A stretch of DNA of 64,000 nucleotides, taken from positions 7,006,001-7,070,000 of the forward strand of contig CM035356.1 in the NCBI GenBank assembly GCA_020137815.1, in the 5' to 3' direction. Of this stretch, positions 27,690 to 41,024 are shown piece after piece. Each line of letters begins with the position of its first letter. The first letter of the stretch is position 1. The translations under genes and the position numbers were made by a program. The DNA comes from Hormiphora californensis (lineage: Eukaryota; Animalia; Ctenophora). Below the pieces are notes generated by a model. That model did no database searches. It saw nothing but the letters and a program-made list of their open reading frames with translations, and had not been told where the DNA came from.

Positions 27690-28795
27690 ACACAGTGGTT
27701 TGTCAACTGTTTCGGCGTCAACGCCTTCGTCAGAACTAAAGAAAATGGTAACTTTACAAAAATAAATATATCTCGTTAGATCAACTAAATAAATTACTAC
27801 AACACAACTAAAGACTAAAACGACCACAAGAACTAAAAACGACTACAACAACCTAAAATTACTAAAACGAAAAATAACTACTAAACCCAAAAAACTAGAG
27901 AACTAACTATGAAACGAACACACAGGTCAAAAACGGGTCAAGAAAAGAGAGGGGGAAGAGAGAGCAAGGGAGGGCACCCAAATATGGTATAACTCACCAG
28001 AGGGAAAAACCGGTTTTACTAGGTTGGACAGGCTGCAATATATGTTACAGCTCGCACCCAGTAGTATAGTGGTTAACCATCCTAGGGGCCACGTGAAGAG
28101 ACGCTGATACCGGAACCCAACATAAATTGAATAAATAAATAAACGCTAATAATAAACCAAAAATTCAAGGAGCTAGGGGGTTAGGGGGGGGGGGGCGGGG
28201 GGACAAGTATGGGTAACTGTCGTTTGTAGTTCAAGTTTGTCGTTGAGTGAGGGTGAATGTGATGTGATCAATACTGCCTCCAGTGCCTTCCTCCGTACTG
28301 TTTTCTTCTCAATTCCTAAAATTGTTAGAGAGATATCGGCAGGTTGGGAGGGGTGTACCTGGAGGTAGTGCTGACCCATGGCGTTGTTAGGGTAGGACGA
28401 AGGACGTCCCGCCGCTCGGAGGTGTTCACTCAATCTGTCGTGTATCGGACGGTAGGTCTCACCAATATAAGTGGCTTCACACTTATTACACAGTAGTTTG
28501 TAGACAGCACCTCTGGTGTTGCACCCACCTTTCTCGATCAACGGACAAAGTTTACAATTAACAGGGTTATTCAGACTACACTTAGGCGAGTCTAGTGGCC
28601 TCGAAGCAGTAAGGGTTGACCGAAGTGTACGACCTGGTAAGAATACAGGTGTTATGGGTAATTTCTTCTTCTTCAGGTAAGCACGTACTCGTTTAGTCTC
28701 CCCTTCTGTAGTGTACGGGAGGGTCAGTATCGTGTAATTGTCACTGTTGTGCTTACGTGACCCTTTGTTTTTTTCCCGTTGTTGGGGGGTTGGGT
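27690..28795 (-). mobile_element. Second 5'-truncated Penelope-like element (different family)
   Basis: Open frame ~28790-28173: LTLPY (RT thumb), Cys linker CKLCP..GCNTRGAVYKLLCNKCEATYIGET..RLSEH..ALEAVLI..PSLN (GIY-YIG), then a T-rich pLTR. Confidence 0.9.
27698..27737 (-). ncRNA. Hammerhead ribozyme motif (variant) in the second Penelope pLTR
   Basis: GTT-CTGACGA-A-GGCGT(TG)ACGCC-GAAA-CAGTTG-AC-AAAC. A replaces the conserved U16.1. Confidence 0.65.
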
Positions 28796-29430
28796 TTGTA
28801 TCCGTTCCTCACAAGTAGGTCATTGACCATCCCAAACGAGTGCTCCAGTTCTTGTCTAAGCCGCGCGAATATATACAGCTACACTGGCGGCGCGCAAATT
28901 ATTAACACAATTTACCGCGCGTAACATACAACATTGCGCCGCGCAGTGCAGTGTAAGCAGTAAGCACATTTTATACACGTTTATTTAGTTTTATACATTT
29001 GCAATACAATTTAAATACGTAATACAGCTGTATAGTACGACATTAGATAGGAATATGAATTTTCAATTCCGTTTCTGAAAATAAAAAGTAAAAGTAAAAC
29101 AAAAAGTTAAATTTAATTTTAAATCCTGATCCATATTCCAATTCCATGATATTATTATGCTTCAAATCTCATTCATTATATTGAAAATAAAAATGCCACA
29201 TTTAACAATTAACGTAAATATTATAACAAGGTTTACAAGGGCTCCAAAGTCCGAAGCCAGTCTAAATCAAATTTCAAGGCCAAGGCCAGCCATAGCTTTC
29301 TCAGTTCTCAGTCTCACGTCCTCTGCCTGAGTCTGATCAGTGATCTCTCATAAGTCATAGTCAATAGTGCAATCTTTGACCTTTGTTCTATTTTGATTTT
29401 ATCAACTCTAAATCTTGAGTATAACTCTGA

Positions 29431-32400
29431 TCAGACGGTAGCCAGGGCTAAAACAAGCGCCAGTCCAAGCCCCATGGCCCAGGAGGGATGGATTGGTGAT
29501 GTAGAGCTTAGCTTGTGCTTCCCTTTGAATTGGCTGTTGCATGGAGTTGTGCCTGTATTGTCTGAAAATAGATGAAGAGTTAAAGGAAGGAATTAATCCA
29601 GCACACTCCCGTAATTTGTTTTTCTTCACACAACTCGCCAACCGACCCATAAAATACATGTATATGGGACACCCTGTATACAGCATTATGAAGCATTAAA
29701 TCTTTAATAGGGTGATTACCGTTGCAGCTGTAATATTGGCAGTCTACTTTGGCTCCCTTATCTCGCAAGCTGTCCATATCAACTTGCCACGGCTGTGGCT
29801 GCAATGGAGTTAGGAAATTAGTAATTTAGTATGACGCTAATGATAAACTTTAAAATAAACTAGGTATCAGTTCTCACATCACATTTGGTCAGAGCTCCCT
29901 TATCTCTGTTTTGCTTGTGAACCGTTGCAAATCTCTCTAATTGTGAGATATCTATCTCTCCTGCTATGAGTGGTAGTACAGCCTCTGCTTGTAGTTTCAA
30001 AGACCGGCTGAGAGTCTATAGTGATGAAAGGGTACAGAGAGGTGTGTATGGTGAAGTGCAGGGCGAGTTATTTGACCTGGTACGGGACCTGTTTACACAT
30101 GCTGGTATCAAGGATTCCTTCCCGAAGAGTTTGACTGCCGGACGGAGTGTGTGGGATAGCCTGAAGTGTCCGAGCAAGAGTAAGATCAAGGGGATAAAGA
30201 AGCCAGAACTAGAGGATTTCACAGAGAAAGTGTGCCGTTTCCTGATGGAGAGGTGTTACCCGTTGCTCGACCGTCTGAGTAACGAAGTTGAGGAAAGTGA
30301 GAGGAAACTATTGGATAGTCAAGATGAGCTGATTGTTTCTCAGCGAGCACTGGTGGAGGCCCAGGGACAGCTGGTTAAATTGCAGTGTGAGTTGTTAGGG
30401 AAGCGAGATAAGGAGATTACTGCTGTGCAGTCCATTGCTGAAGAGGAGATAAAGACGTTTTCTTCGGTTCTGAAAAAGAGTTGTGACAGTGCTCTAGCTC
30501 CGAAACGTATTCGTACTGCAATAACGAGTGCTACAGAGGACAGGACAAGTAACGTGATTGTACATGGACTATTTGATGATCCCAGTGAAAGTAGTAAAGA
30601 TCTGGAACATTCAGTTTGTGGAGTTTTCGACTACATGGGTGAATGTGTGACTGGTGTTTACAGCATGGCGCGTCTCGGAAGGTACAAGGAGGGTACTGAC
30701 CGACCTGTTAAACTGCGCCTGTCTGGCCGTGAATTTCGAGATCTGATCCTGTCCCGCAAAAGTGGTCTGAAGAAGTCGGATAAGTACAAAGATCTGTACA
30801 TCTCCCCGGACCGTTCTCCGGAAGAGAGAGAGGAGAGGAGGAAGTTGGTGGCTGAGCTGAAGGAGAGGAAGGCGGCGGCACCAGGCAAGACCTTTGGGAT
30901 CAGAGGAGGAAAGGTTATGGAGGTGGTGGTGTGAGGGCGTGAATGTGAGCGTATTGAACTGTGTTGTTTATGTTTGTGTTTATGATTTTGATAAGGTTTT
31001 GTGACAGGGCTTTGAGCAGCTGAGTACCGGACTTTTACTAGAAATTGGACTTATTTTTTCTATAGTTTATCTAGAGTTTTAGGTGTTATATACAGAGGTG
31101 AACCGCTCTGAAGCTCCGTAGTACTAGTGTTTTTTGGATTCTGGTACCCTACGGGGTCTGAGCGTGTATATAAATTCTGTTATTATTATTATTATTATTA
31201 TTGGATATTAGATCACAATCGAAACAACTCACATTTCTGTAAAGCTTATTTCCCTCCTCGTCCTTGGCATAGCTCTTATTCTGGTAGCAGAAACTGAGGG
31301 TTTGGTCCGTACAACCCTTCTGGAACATCGTGAAATCTTCAGGGGGCTGGACGTACTCGTATTGGTCCCATTTGTATTGCCTGAAATATCATGTACAGTG
31401 TACAATTTAATGTACAATTTAATGTACAATTTAATGTACAATTTAATGTACAATTTAATGTACAATTTAATGTACAATTTAATGTACAATTTAATGTACA
31501 ATTTAATGTACAATTTAATGTACAATTTAATGTACAATTTAATGTACAATTTAATGTACAATTTAATGTACAATTTAATGTACAGTTTAATAATTGTAAT
31601 GAGCACTTGTTGAGTAAGTAACAAATGAGCGTTTAGTTTTGCTGGAACAATTGTTTCTCACCAAACAACTCTGCTGGGATCTCCTCCAGTATAATTGTAG
31701 GTCTTGTTTTTCATGATGACCATGTCCTCCAGGAATGTATCGGTCCCTTCCTCCATCACCTCACAATCCTTGTTCTTCCAGGTGCACTTGACTATTAGGG
31801 GAAATAGGGAGTATTAGGGACTATTAGGGAGTATTAGGGAGTATAAGGGACTATTAGGGGAAATAGGGAGTGTCATTCATCGGATGAAATACTGGGATAG
31901 GAGGGGCTGCAGGGGATTGGTGGTCCGGGTGGGATTTATAATAGTGATATTGAGGGGGATCGGGAATCGGGATTAGGTGGTACAATTGAGATTTGGCTGA
32001 TCGTACATTATAACAATCTGCAGTGCCGTAAAAATACAGTACAGTACGAAATTGTTTGGAAATAAAATATCCTATCCCAACATACCAGGAACCGACCGAA
32101 ACAAGTAAACAACCAATCAGAACTCGTTATTTAGGTCACGTGACTGGTTATCAGCCAATCAGGGACCAGTATTTCCTGATTCAGTCGGTTCCTGCAACAT
32201 ACACTCTAACTTACATGTTCTATTCTTCGTGACAGGAGCATACTCATAGAAATAGTGTAGATAGAACGAGTAGCAGCTACCGTCGTTAAAATAGCACTTC
32301 TTCTTGGTTACGTTAGTGTTTGTTAAATTCAATTTACCTGCAGGGATTAGGGTATTGTTCAGACTCTATCAACAGCTGATCCCGACACAACAACTTTTGG

Positions 32401-32824
32401 CCTAGGCGACACGTCTAGACGCCGTATGCGGCAAATGAGAAATTGCCGGCAACACTGCAGTGTGCAATGCATCAAATGGGAAATTGGAAAATTAAAATTA
32501 GAATATTTTGATAGATATGATGAAAAGGCTAGACAGTTAGGTGCGCTGAAAAGAAACTATCGTTCTTCCGCTCTGTTTCCGAAATCTGATTTGCAGCGAT
32601 CACAGGATTATCTGAGCTCAATAAAACAAGAAATAAAAACGGTCTCAGCGGTAATTATTAATTACTAATTACTAATTAATACCTGTGGCTGGGTCAGTGA
32701 TGTTCTCTTGACATCCAGTGTTGGTACTCGTGTATTTGTCAGCACCGCACGTGTAACACTCCAGGTTAATCGATATCACGTGACAGAGGAAAGCACCGTA
32801 CAAAATGTGCCAAACACGAATCAT
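29431..32824 (-). CDS. Secreted, probably GPI-anchored Ly6/uPAR (three-finger)-like protein
   Basis: Exons ~32683-32824 (signal peptide + LECYTC..GC), 32214-32337, 31661-31791, 31232-31380 (FQKGCT..C), 29720-29798 (DCQYYSCN), 29431-29562 (PCN..hydrophobic tail GLGLALVLALATV*). Intron phases are compatible. Confidence 0.75.
29880..31202 (+). mobile_element. ORF1-only non-LTR element with 3' stem-loop and (ATT)n tail
   Basis: A single ORF, a ~250-nt 3' UTR and a (TAT)7 tail at 31182-31202; no RT. The 5' end is approximate. Confidence 0.75.
29966..30934 (+). CDS. LINE ORF1-like protein (coiled coil + RRM/CTD)
   Basis: Intronless 322 aa: heptad region, then NVIVHGL, RLGRY..RPVKLRL, LYISPDRSPEEREERRKLVAELKER. 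Confidence 0.85.
   Translation: MSGSTASACSFKDRLRVYSDERVQRGVYGEVQGELFDLVRDLFTHAGIKDSFPKSLTAGRSVWDSLKCPSKSKIKGIKKPELEDFTEKVCRFLMERCYPLLDRLSNEVEESERKLLDSQDELIVSQRALVEAQGQLVKLQCELLGKRDKEITAVQSIAEEEIKTFSSVLKKSCDSALAPKRIRTAITSATEDRTSNVIVHGLFDDPSESSKDLEHSVCGVFDYMGECVTGVYSMARLGRYKEGTDRPVKLRLSGREFRDLILSRKSGLKKSDKYKDLYISPDRSPEEREERRKLVAELKERKAAAPGKTFGIRGGKVMEVVV
31399..31590. repeat. 12-bp tandem repeat (TGTACAATTTAA) x~16
   Basis: Near-perfect intronic array. Confidence 0.97.
32086..32194 (-). mobile_element. 109-bp hAT-like MITE, copy 3
   Basis: Perfect 8-bp TSD CAACATAC. Confidence 0.92.
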
Positions 32825-34284
32825 ATCAGCTAGAATTGGAGTAGGGGAGGCATTTTATTCTCATTTGGGCTGGATGCCACATTACCACACGAAAAACCCA
32901 AACAAGTTAAGGGGTTGTGGGTGATATCTGAGACATGAATATTGAAAATGCAGTGCCTAGGTAATGAACGTCGCGTAGTATAAATAAAACGTAGTATAAA
33001 TAAAACGCCCCAAAAGACATCTCAATTAGGCCTTGTTAACAGACACAATTGCAGCAGAGGGGAACTCAATGTTTCAAGTATGTAGATTGTAGATTTGCTG
33101 TCTACATGGCATCCCTTCAAATAGTCTCCCTGTCTACATTGCTCTACTCGTACTGTCTGTCTGTTTCTTACATTCTCTAACAAACAAACAAACAAACTGA
33201 AACAAACAAACCCCCAAAATCAGGATTTATATTTAGCAAACAAACTGCGAAGTCTTGACACTGCTGCAGTGCACTGACCACGCTGTACCAGCGATTTCCA
33301 ATACATACACCTTGGTTTCCAGTTCCTTGAGGGTGTCTCTTTTTAACCCTTCGAACATACGAGGGTACAACCATCTAAACTTTTACTTACCATGCTACGC
33401 AGTCTGTCCATTCGGCCCGGTGTGAGACCCGACAGGCGGGGAAGTGGGAACATGTCAAAACTAAACCTAAGTATTCATGTATTCATTAGTATTCATTAGT
33501 TGGTCGTGACACCTTTTGGATGGCTACGAGGACTCACCTTTAGCTTTTTACTACCTAGAATATGTTGTTGTTTTTAGAATTGAGTTTCCTTATTCGTTTG
33601 TTCCGTTTGAACACCAGAATTGAGTAAGTTTATAAATTCATTCACTTCAACCCTAACTAGCTGTCTGGCAACCCCCCCCCCCCCTGGCAACCCCCCCCTC
33701 GTTTTGATTCCCAAGCTCATGAGCATTGAGCATTGCACTCTGCACACTGTACTCTGAAGTGCGCTCAGACCGGGTTGGCACCAACAGACAGCTCATACCA
33801 GTAGGTACTGTTGTAGGAATGTGTGGAATTTTTATTGTGTGACCCACGCGACGTATATTGATCTCAATTTCCAGCAAGATATTTGTATCAAGTCTCAATT
33901 TTCAGTATAGGTGATTTACAACTTAATTCCCTCTCTGTAGTCTAAAAACACATGCTATAGCACACATAGAGGGAATTAAGTGCGTGTATTGGGTGAAAAT
34001 AGCATCCTGTTTTCACTCAATACAGTTACACGCACATCTCGTTTCCATGAGTTGTACAGTAACAACCATAGTGTAAGCTTACATTTTGTTAGATTTGAGA
34101 GGTGAACCAACTATGGCATACACTCTTTGTTGACATGTTGTTCCTGTCGACAGCTGAAGAAGCAACACCAGGGAACTTTATAATAGTAGTTTTAGTGGGC
34201 CCAACTAGTAGTTGCTGGTTGAGTTGTTAAGGGGGCAGCAAAAAGCACCGAGTTCCAGAGTTCCCAATCCCTCTCTCTGTTACC

Positions 34285-36372
34285 ATGGTAACTATATATC
34301 CGGACCCACTTGCTGGTGCTACACCCCCACCGGGCTATGACATGACCCCACAGCCAGCCCCCAGTGGCCCAAATTATGGGGCTATCGGACCTCCACCTGA
34401 GCAACCCCCTCCACCACAACCTGGGAAAGAGGTAATGATCGTGAAGATTGGTACATGAAACAATTTGTAGCAGCTATTCGAACATTTATTTCAATTTGGA
34501 ACTTATTTTCTAGGTGTCCTTCAAGAGGCTGGGTCCCAAGAAAGGGTTAGATCTGAACGAGACGATTGAGTTGTGTGGTTTTGGGACATTCCAATGGTTG
34601 TACATGATGTTATTCGGCATAATCTATCTGAGTGATGCAGCAGAAATTGCCCTGAGCAGTAAGTCAACAATTGTTGTATGGTCACTAATTGTTATCACTG
34701 CGCGATGACAAACCTAAAACAGTTTCAGTCAATAGAATTTCCTGTGTCACGACAACATTCCCATTCTTCACGGTACGTGTGATTTAACGACTCTACCTGC
34801 AGGTATCATCCTGCCCACCCTGATGTGTGAGTGGAATTTGAGCTACCTTCAAGAGGGACTAATCCCCTTCATGGTGCTGATTTCCTACGCTGTTGGTAGT
34901 GTCGTTGGTAAGTGGGGCAACTGTTATAATATACAGCAGTCACGGAGTCTATCTTTTTGCTTCCGTACGGTTCAGTGTTCCTTGCTTTCAATAATTCAAA
35001 ATGTTTAACAAAATGTACGCTCTCCAAACAACTCTCCAAACAACTCTCTAAACAACTCTCCAAACCACACTCCCAGGTGGGAAACTGAGTGACGAGCACG
35101 GAAGGAAGAGAGTTATGATGTTCATGCTACCTCTCCTTGTTATCTTCTCAATATTATCTACATTTGCACCTGAGTATTACTCCTTCATCGTTTTCAGGTG
35201 GGATAACACCGCTCTGTCTCAATTTTCAATTTCAAGTACCCATTCAATTTCAATCTAGTGATAAATTCAATAACTAACCCAATTAATAACCCCTGCACTG
35301 TTTCAGGTCAATAGTTGGTTTTGCTATAGGTTCCAACACCGCCTCTGTAACAACATTCGCTATGGAGATAGTGCCTGTGAGTGAGAGAGCATTTGCCATG
35401 TTCCTCATTAACATTTGGTTTGTTCTGGGTGGCTGCTACGAGTACCTCCTCGGTCTCTTCTTCATGAATTCCTTTGGATGGCGGGCTATTGTCCTAATCA
35501 CTGCCATACCCACCGTGATAGCGTGTATCTGCTCCTTTTTCATTGTCGAGAGCCCCCGGTATTTGAACGTCTGTGGAGATCACGCGGGGGTTAGGAGGGT
35601 GGTTGAGAAGATGTTCAAGGTGAACGGGAGGAAAGCACCGACTATCGACCTGCCACCGCACGTGGAGGAGGCACGAGGTAGTCTGGGGGAGTTAGGGGAT
35701 GAACAATACTTCAGAACTACAGTATTGTTAACCCAGGCGTTTAGTATCAACATGTTTGTAGAGTACGGGGCACTACTACTGTTACCTGACATGTTTGTAT
35801 ACAGCTATTGTTCAGATACCTCCCTGTTCTCATCAGATACCAGCTGTTATATGAGTAATATTGACTACCTCTACATGTTAATTGTCTCATCCTCCTCTCT
35901 ACCCGCTGTCCTAGTGGCCTATCTAACTTGTGACAGGTGGGGTAGGATTAAGACAATGTTTGGGAGCGGTGTTCTGGTCATGTTCGGTATTGCCCTACTA
36001 ATGATCTGTATCAATGAGTGGTTCATGCTATCAGAAGCGTGCTTTGTCGTCTTCTTCAGTATTCTCCAGAATTGTGCCCTGTGGACTTTCCTCCCAGAAT
36101 CCTACCCAACTTACATCCGGAACGCTGCTGTTGGTTTTGTGAATGGGATGGGCAAGGTGGCGGCAGCACTGGGAAGTCTCATGACGGAGGTCGTGGCAGG
36201 GAACAGTATCAGGGCGTGTTTGATAGTATACCTGCTATTGACTGTGTATCAGTTGGTTTGTGTGTATTTGATGAAACGTGATACGGTTGGACAAGTATTG
36301 TTAGATACAAGGAGGGAAGAGAATGAGATGAGAGATGAACAAAGGGACAGGGATCAACATCAACCCGAGTAG
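34285..36372 (+). CDS. SV2/SVOP-like MFS transporter
   Basis: Exons ~34285-34431, 34514-34658, 34803-34907, 35076-35197, 35307-36372. Motifs ETIELCGFGTFQ, LSDEHGRKR, EIVP..R, GWR, VESPRYL, DRWGR, ESYPTYIRNAAVG. Confidence 0.92.
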
Positions 36373-36957
36373 AGCTATTGTTAAATTGACCTTTGGGGTT
36401 CTGTGTTTCACATTTTATCTGTACAGTAAAGTAAGTGACTAAACTGGGGATCGTTGGACTAAGAATGGCTTGTTCGGTAGATTTTATTATAGAGCTTGAC
36501 TTTTTTAGAGATACATTTTATAAGCAATTCTTATTAGTTCTGTTATAAAAAGTGTAAAACGAGTTTAATTTTTGTTGTGTAGAAAAGATTAGTTAGCTAC
36601 TCAATTTATACAGCAATTGCTAACTCATTATATTAACACACAAACATTCTCACTCTCAAATTGTGTCTTTAAAATCAACAAAACAACATCGTGTAACATG
36701 TTTCTCTCATTCTCTTCTCCCCTTTTCTCTCATCAACGCACCCTCTAATTCATATACCATAAATGAGTAGCGTATTTACAAAATCAAAACACTTCTAAAA
36801 GAATCATACACATGCATTATAATAGTCTTCCAATTAAAAATCTGGCGCTCAAAAGGATTTCTAAATTATAAAAAAACAGTTTCATAAATCCAGTTCTCTC
36901 TCCCTCCGTCAAATCCTTTACACATAAGTCTCTCTCGGTATCCCTGCCTTTTTCCGC

Positions 36958-39900
36958 TCAATCGTAGTCTTCTGTTTTTCGTTCTGCCTTCCATCTTGTT
37001 TTGCAAGTCCTGAAATGGTATGAGTGTTTGGGGGAATTGGTGTAAACATCAGTCGCTGTGTGTAAGCCAGATACGAGCTGGTATCTCAGAATTATCCCAC
37101 TTTTCCCACGGTCTGTGCGCGAAAACGAGGGTCCTTTGATCACAAAAAGAGCAGCGCGCGCTACATGCTGCTAAGAGCGGCCGCCGAGAGAGAGAGAGAG
37201 ATTGTTTGTGACGTAGGTATAACAGATGATGGCCAGTGGGGGAGAGAGAGGGGGGAAGAATTACGCAATAGGGAGGACTTAACATACTCGTTCTGTCCAA
37301 CTTCCGGGTGGGGTCTAGTATGTAACCGGAGCGAGCAAAGGATGCATGCAGCACGATCTTCTGTCTCCATCTCTCTCTTTGTCTCTTTCTCTCTATCTAT
37401 CTCTCTTTTCTCTCTCTTTCTCTCTCTCTCTCTCTCACTTAGTCATATTCCAATCAAGAATGCTCTAATTGGATTTGCACAGAATAAATTAGATATGATG
37501 ACCCGCCATTTACAATGAGAGATAAGTCTCATTTCTCCACTCCTAAAAGAAATAAATTACAATCTCCCCATTACTGTTCGTACTTCGGTTATTCAGACGC
37601 ACTATAATACAACTCTACCGTCTGATCTCAAGCCATGAATTACCTGACGGTGTCCATCTAAAGGTCCTGGGTCGATCACTAGCACTGCGTACAAAGGGAA
37701 GTGGTGCAAATTCGCTCTCTTTCTCGCGTAAGCTTCCAGCCCTGAAAGAAATAGAAAACATAGATAGTTACCATATTAGGGTATACCAGTTGCCATATAT
37801 GGACAACGATCTCCCACTTCAGATAATCAAAGCACCACTTTTCAACACCATGTGGCATGTAGTATGTACAGTGACATCTGGCAGTCAAGATGTTTACACA
37901 CAAGAGCACACAAAGAGCTGCACATTCCAGAGCTATTATAATTCGCTGGCACTTTTAGTGATGCTAAACACATGATACTGCTTTATAATGGAAGCCTTTT
38001 AAACATGTATATCTAGGCGAGTAGCCAGCAACAACTAAAATCATATGCTTACCTTGAGAATGATCCTATTGACATAACTTCCTGAAAAGAGTATGAAATT
38101 AATTAACCAATTAATTAACTCATCATCAAAACCAATCAATGAATATTTGCATTCGTTCCATACTTACATCATCGCTTGAACAGAAGGAACTCCTTTGTAC
38201 ATCAATACTCAGCTCCCTCGTCCTCCTAGCCAGTAGTGGACTAACACTATCCTCCCCTTCCTCCCTTCTCCTCTCTTCAACCACAGACCTTGTCCGAGGT
38301 GAGAATAGCGGTTTAGGAATATCAAACTTGGGTGATGATAGCGTGTTATCTCCCTCTTCCTTCTCCTTCTTAAACGGAGATTTGGAGAACCGTTTGAATA
38401 AAGGAGTCCTGCCATTGCTGCTGCTACCTGATGAACTACAGGCGCACTCTAAACTACTCTTCCCTGAGGAGCTGCTGCCCCGGGAGGAGGCTGAACTGGA
38501 GGTGGTAGAGGTAGGGGAGATAGTTTTGGGTGTTTTAGATCCCATCTTATCATCGTTCATCGTTTTGAGATGGATCTCTTTTGCCAGGGATAGCCTGTAT
38601 TCCTGGGAGAGATAAGAGTGAGGTAGGGGAGGATTTAGGTAGGACTATTTGAAAGACAGCATGTTTAGTATAGCGCCCAAGCTGTGCTCATTTAGTACAT
38701 TTCTGGTCTCAAAGGGCAAATACGTTGTGTGTAAAACATGAGAGAAGGCTGTGACAGCTCTGTGCCATGAGTTTATGAGTGAGTGACAAATATGGGTGCA
38801 AATTGAAGGAAAACTCAATAAACATGGAGCATTCTCCTTCCTTTATTTCTCTTAATGTCTCTCTCTCGGAGCCTTTCTCTCTGAGTTTTTCTCTCTGAGG
38901 TTTTCTCTCTGAGTTTATCTCTATCTCTGAGCCTTTCTCTCTCTCTAGCTGCACTGTTACAATGCAAAGTCACATTGTTTAATTGGGTGCTGTTACATTG
39001 CACCATGGTTACCGCATACCCCTCCCGATGGATGGTTGGGTCAAAGACATTCCCGTGTGAGATAGACCCGCCCAATAATATTGGATGGGCAGTAATATTT
39101 TGTTTATGTTTGACTTTAGGAGCGGCAGGTTGAAGCGATAGAGAGAATGAGATAGATATAAGTAAAAGGAGAACGAAAGAGAGTGAGATAGAGCGAGAGA
39201 AAGAGAGAGAGAGACAGATAGATTTGATGTGTAACTGCTATGATGGGAGATGATCAATGAATATATGGATAAACAAACATTGATGTAATGTTGATATATT
39301 GAAACTACCAGTCACGGAAAACACCGCGGTAATACATAATCCATGACCGATCAGTCTCAGAGATCTCCACGGTGGGGTCGGTAATGACTCAAAGTTCAAA
39401 CTAATTCCCTCCACTAATTCCCTTCACTAACTCCCTTCACTAATTACATAATTACCTCGTAGTGTGCTATAATCTCGTGTAGTTCCTCCCTGTACAGTTT
39501 CAACAGGTTGTTCTGTAGGGAGTCCAGTTCCTCGTAACTACACATATCAAACTGTAAAGAGGTGGTTAGTGGGACATGTCAACCTGAATGGAGGTGGTTA
39601 GTGGGACATATCAAACTGAACAGAGAGATATGGTTTAGTGGCCCAGTGGCATAAAAGTACAAATCTTTCAATCCGGTTTGGACTGGCAGAGTTATAATCA
39701 CTTTCTAGAGAAATCAGAAATGTACTAATGATTATATTGTAGAGAGAAACGGAGGGAGTGCTGCTACTAAGGTCATGAGGCATAGAGGCAATATTGAAAA
39801 TTTAGTGATCGATGGTTAACTACACACACACACGCATACATGACGGACAGTAAACAGTTAAAGCGCATGAGATGTTGAAGTTTTTAGTTGACAGCTGATA

Positions 39901-40978
39901 ACAAGATTCTGTCAGGGCAATTTCCCAGGAGATTTAGTAGGAAAGAGAATATAATACTCCACCCTTGTGAATTATGTGTTTGAAATAATTTAACTTCTGG
40001 TACACTATTTATAATTCCTAATTTTCTTTTGAAACGCTAATCATGCTTTACGATGTGCTATGTTAGAAATAAATCAGAGAGAGAGGGTAATGAGAATCAT
40101 AGGGCTGTAATTTCATGCTCTAATTTTGGTCTTTGATTGGTCTGTGTAGATCAATATTTTGTGGGGGACAGTGACAGACGGTCAGACAGATAAACAGATA
40201 GTCAGTGGTCGGTGTGAAACAGTGACAGACAGTGACAAGTAAAATTCGATAGATCCCTCGATATATTCTATAGAGTTTCGAAGGAGTTCCTAGGGGTTAT
40301 GTTTACCTTGAAAAACTCATGAGTCGCAGTGGATGATCGAGCAAACTTCCTCAACCAATCCGGTATCTTCCCTGACTTCCCTTTCTGAAAGAGAAATTTT
40401 AATTCAAGTCACTTGTTTTGCACAAAGATGGAGGTTAAAGTCACTCGATACAATGGTTCAACTCTGAAAAATATACAAATCGGTATGTCGTGATTACTGT
40501 TTATAGCGTGTATTATAATTGTTATTGATAGTCATTAGTCGGCCATCACAATATCTTTCACTACTAATCTGCTTAATTACATGTGTAATTACATTTGTCT
40601 AATTAGTTGATGACATGATTAGACAGGAATCATATCAGCGTCGACCTAACTATCTCTTCCTCTCTCGTTCTCTCAACTAGTTCTTATGTGATGGAGCGGA
40701 TTAAATATGTTCTAATTGTTTTTACTTTAGAGTTAGATGGGGAGAAGTTAACATATTTTTGTGACCACACCTTCCCCCACCTTTAACCACCCCACCCTGT
40801 CGCTCAGTTCCCACATCCAGCCACTGCTTCTCTCACTCTCTCTCTCCTTCTCTCTTACTATCTCTCTCTCTCTTACTTCTTTTCCATCTCTTGTCGACAG
40901 CAACACACGTAGCACAATGTTTACACTGCACCGGCTTCCTGAAGCCATTATTATATCCAGCTATCTCTCTCTCTCTCT

Positions 40979-41024
<46 letters not shown>

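Noticed and set aside
31229-31624. (LYIK)n / (YNLM)n ORFs
   Set aside because: 12-bp intronic tandem repeat.
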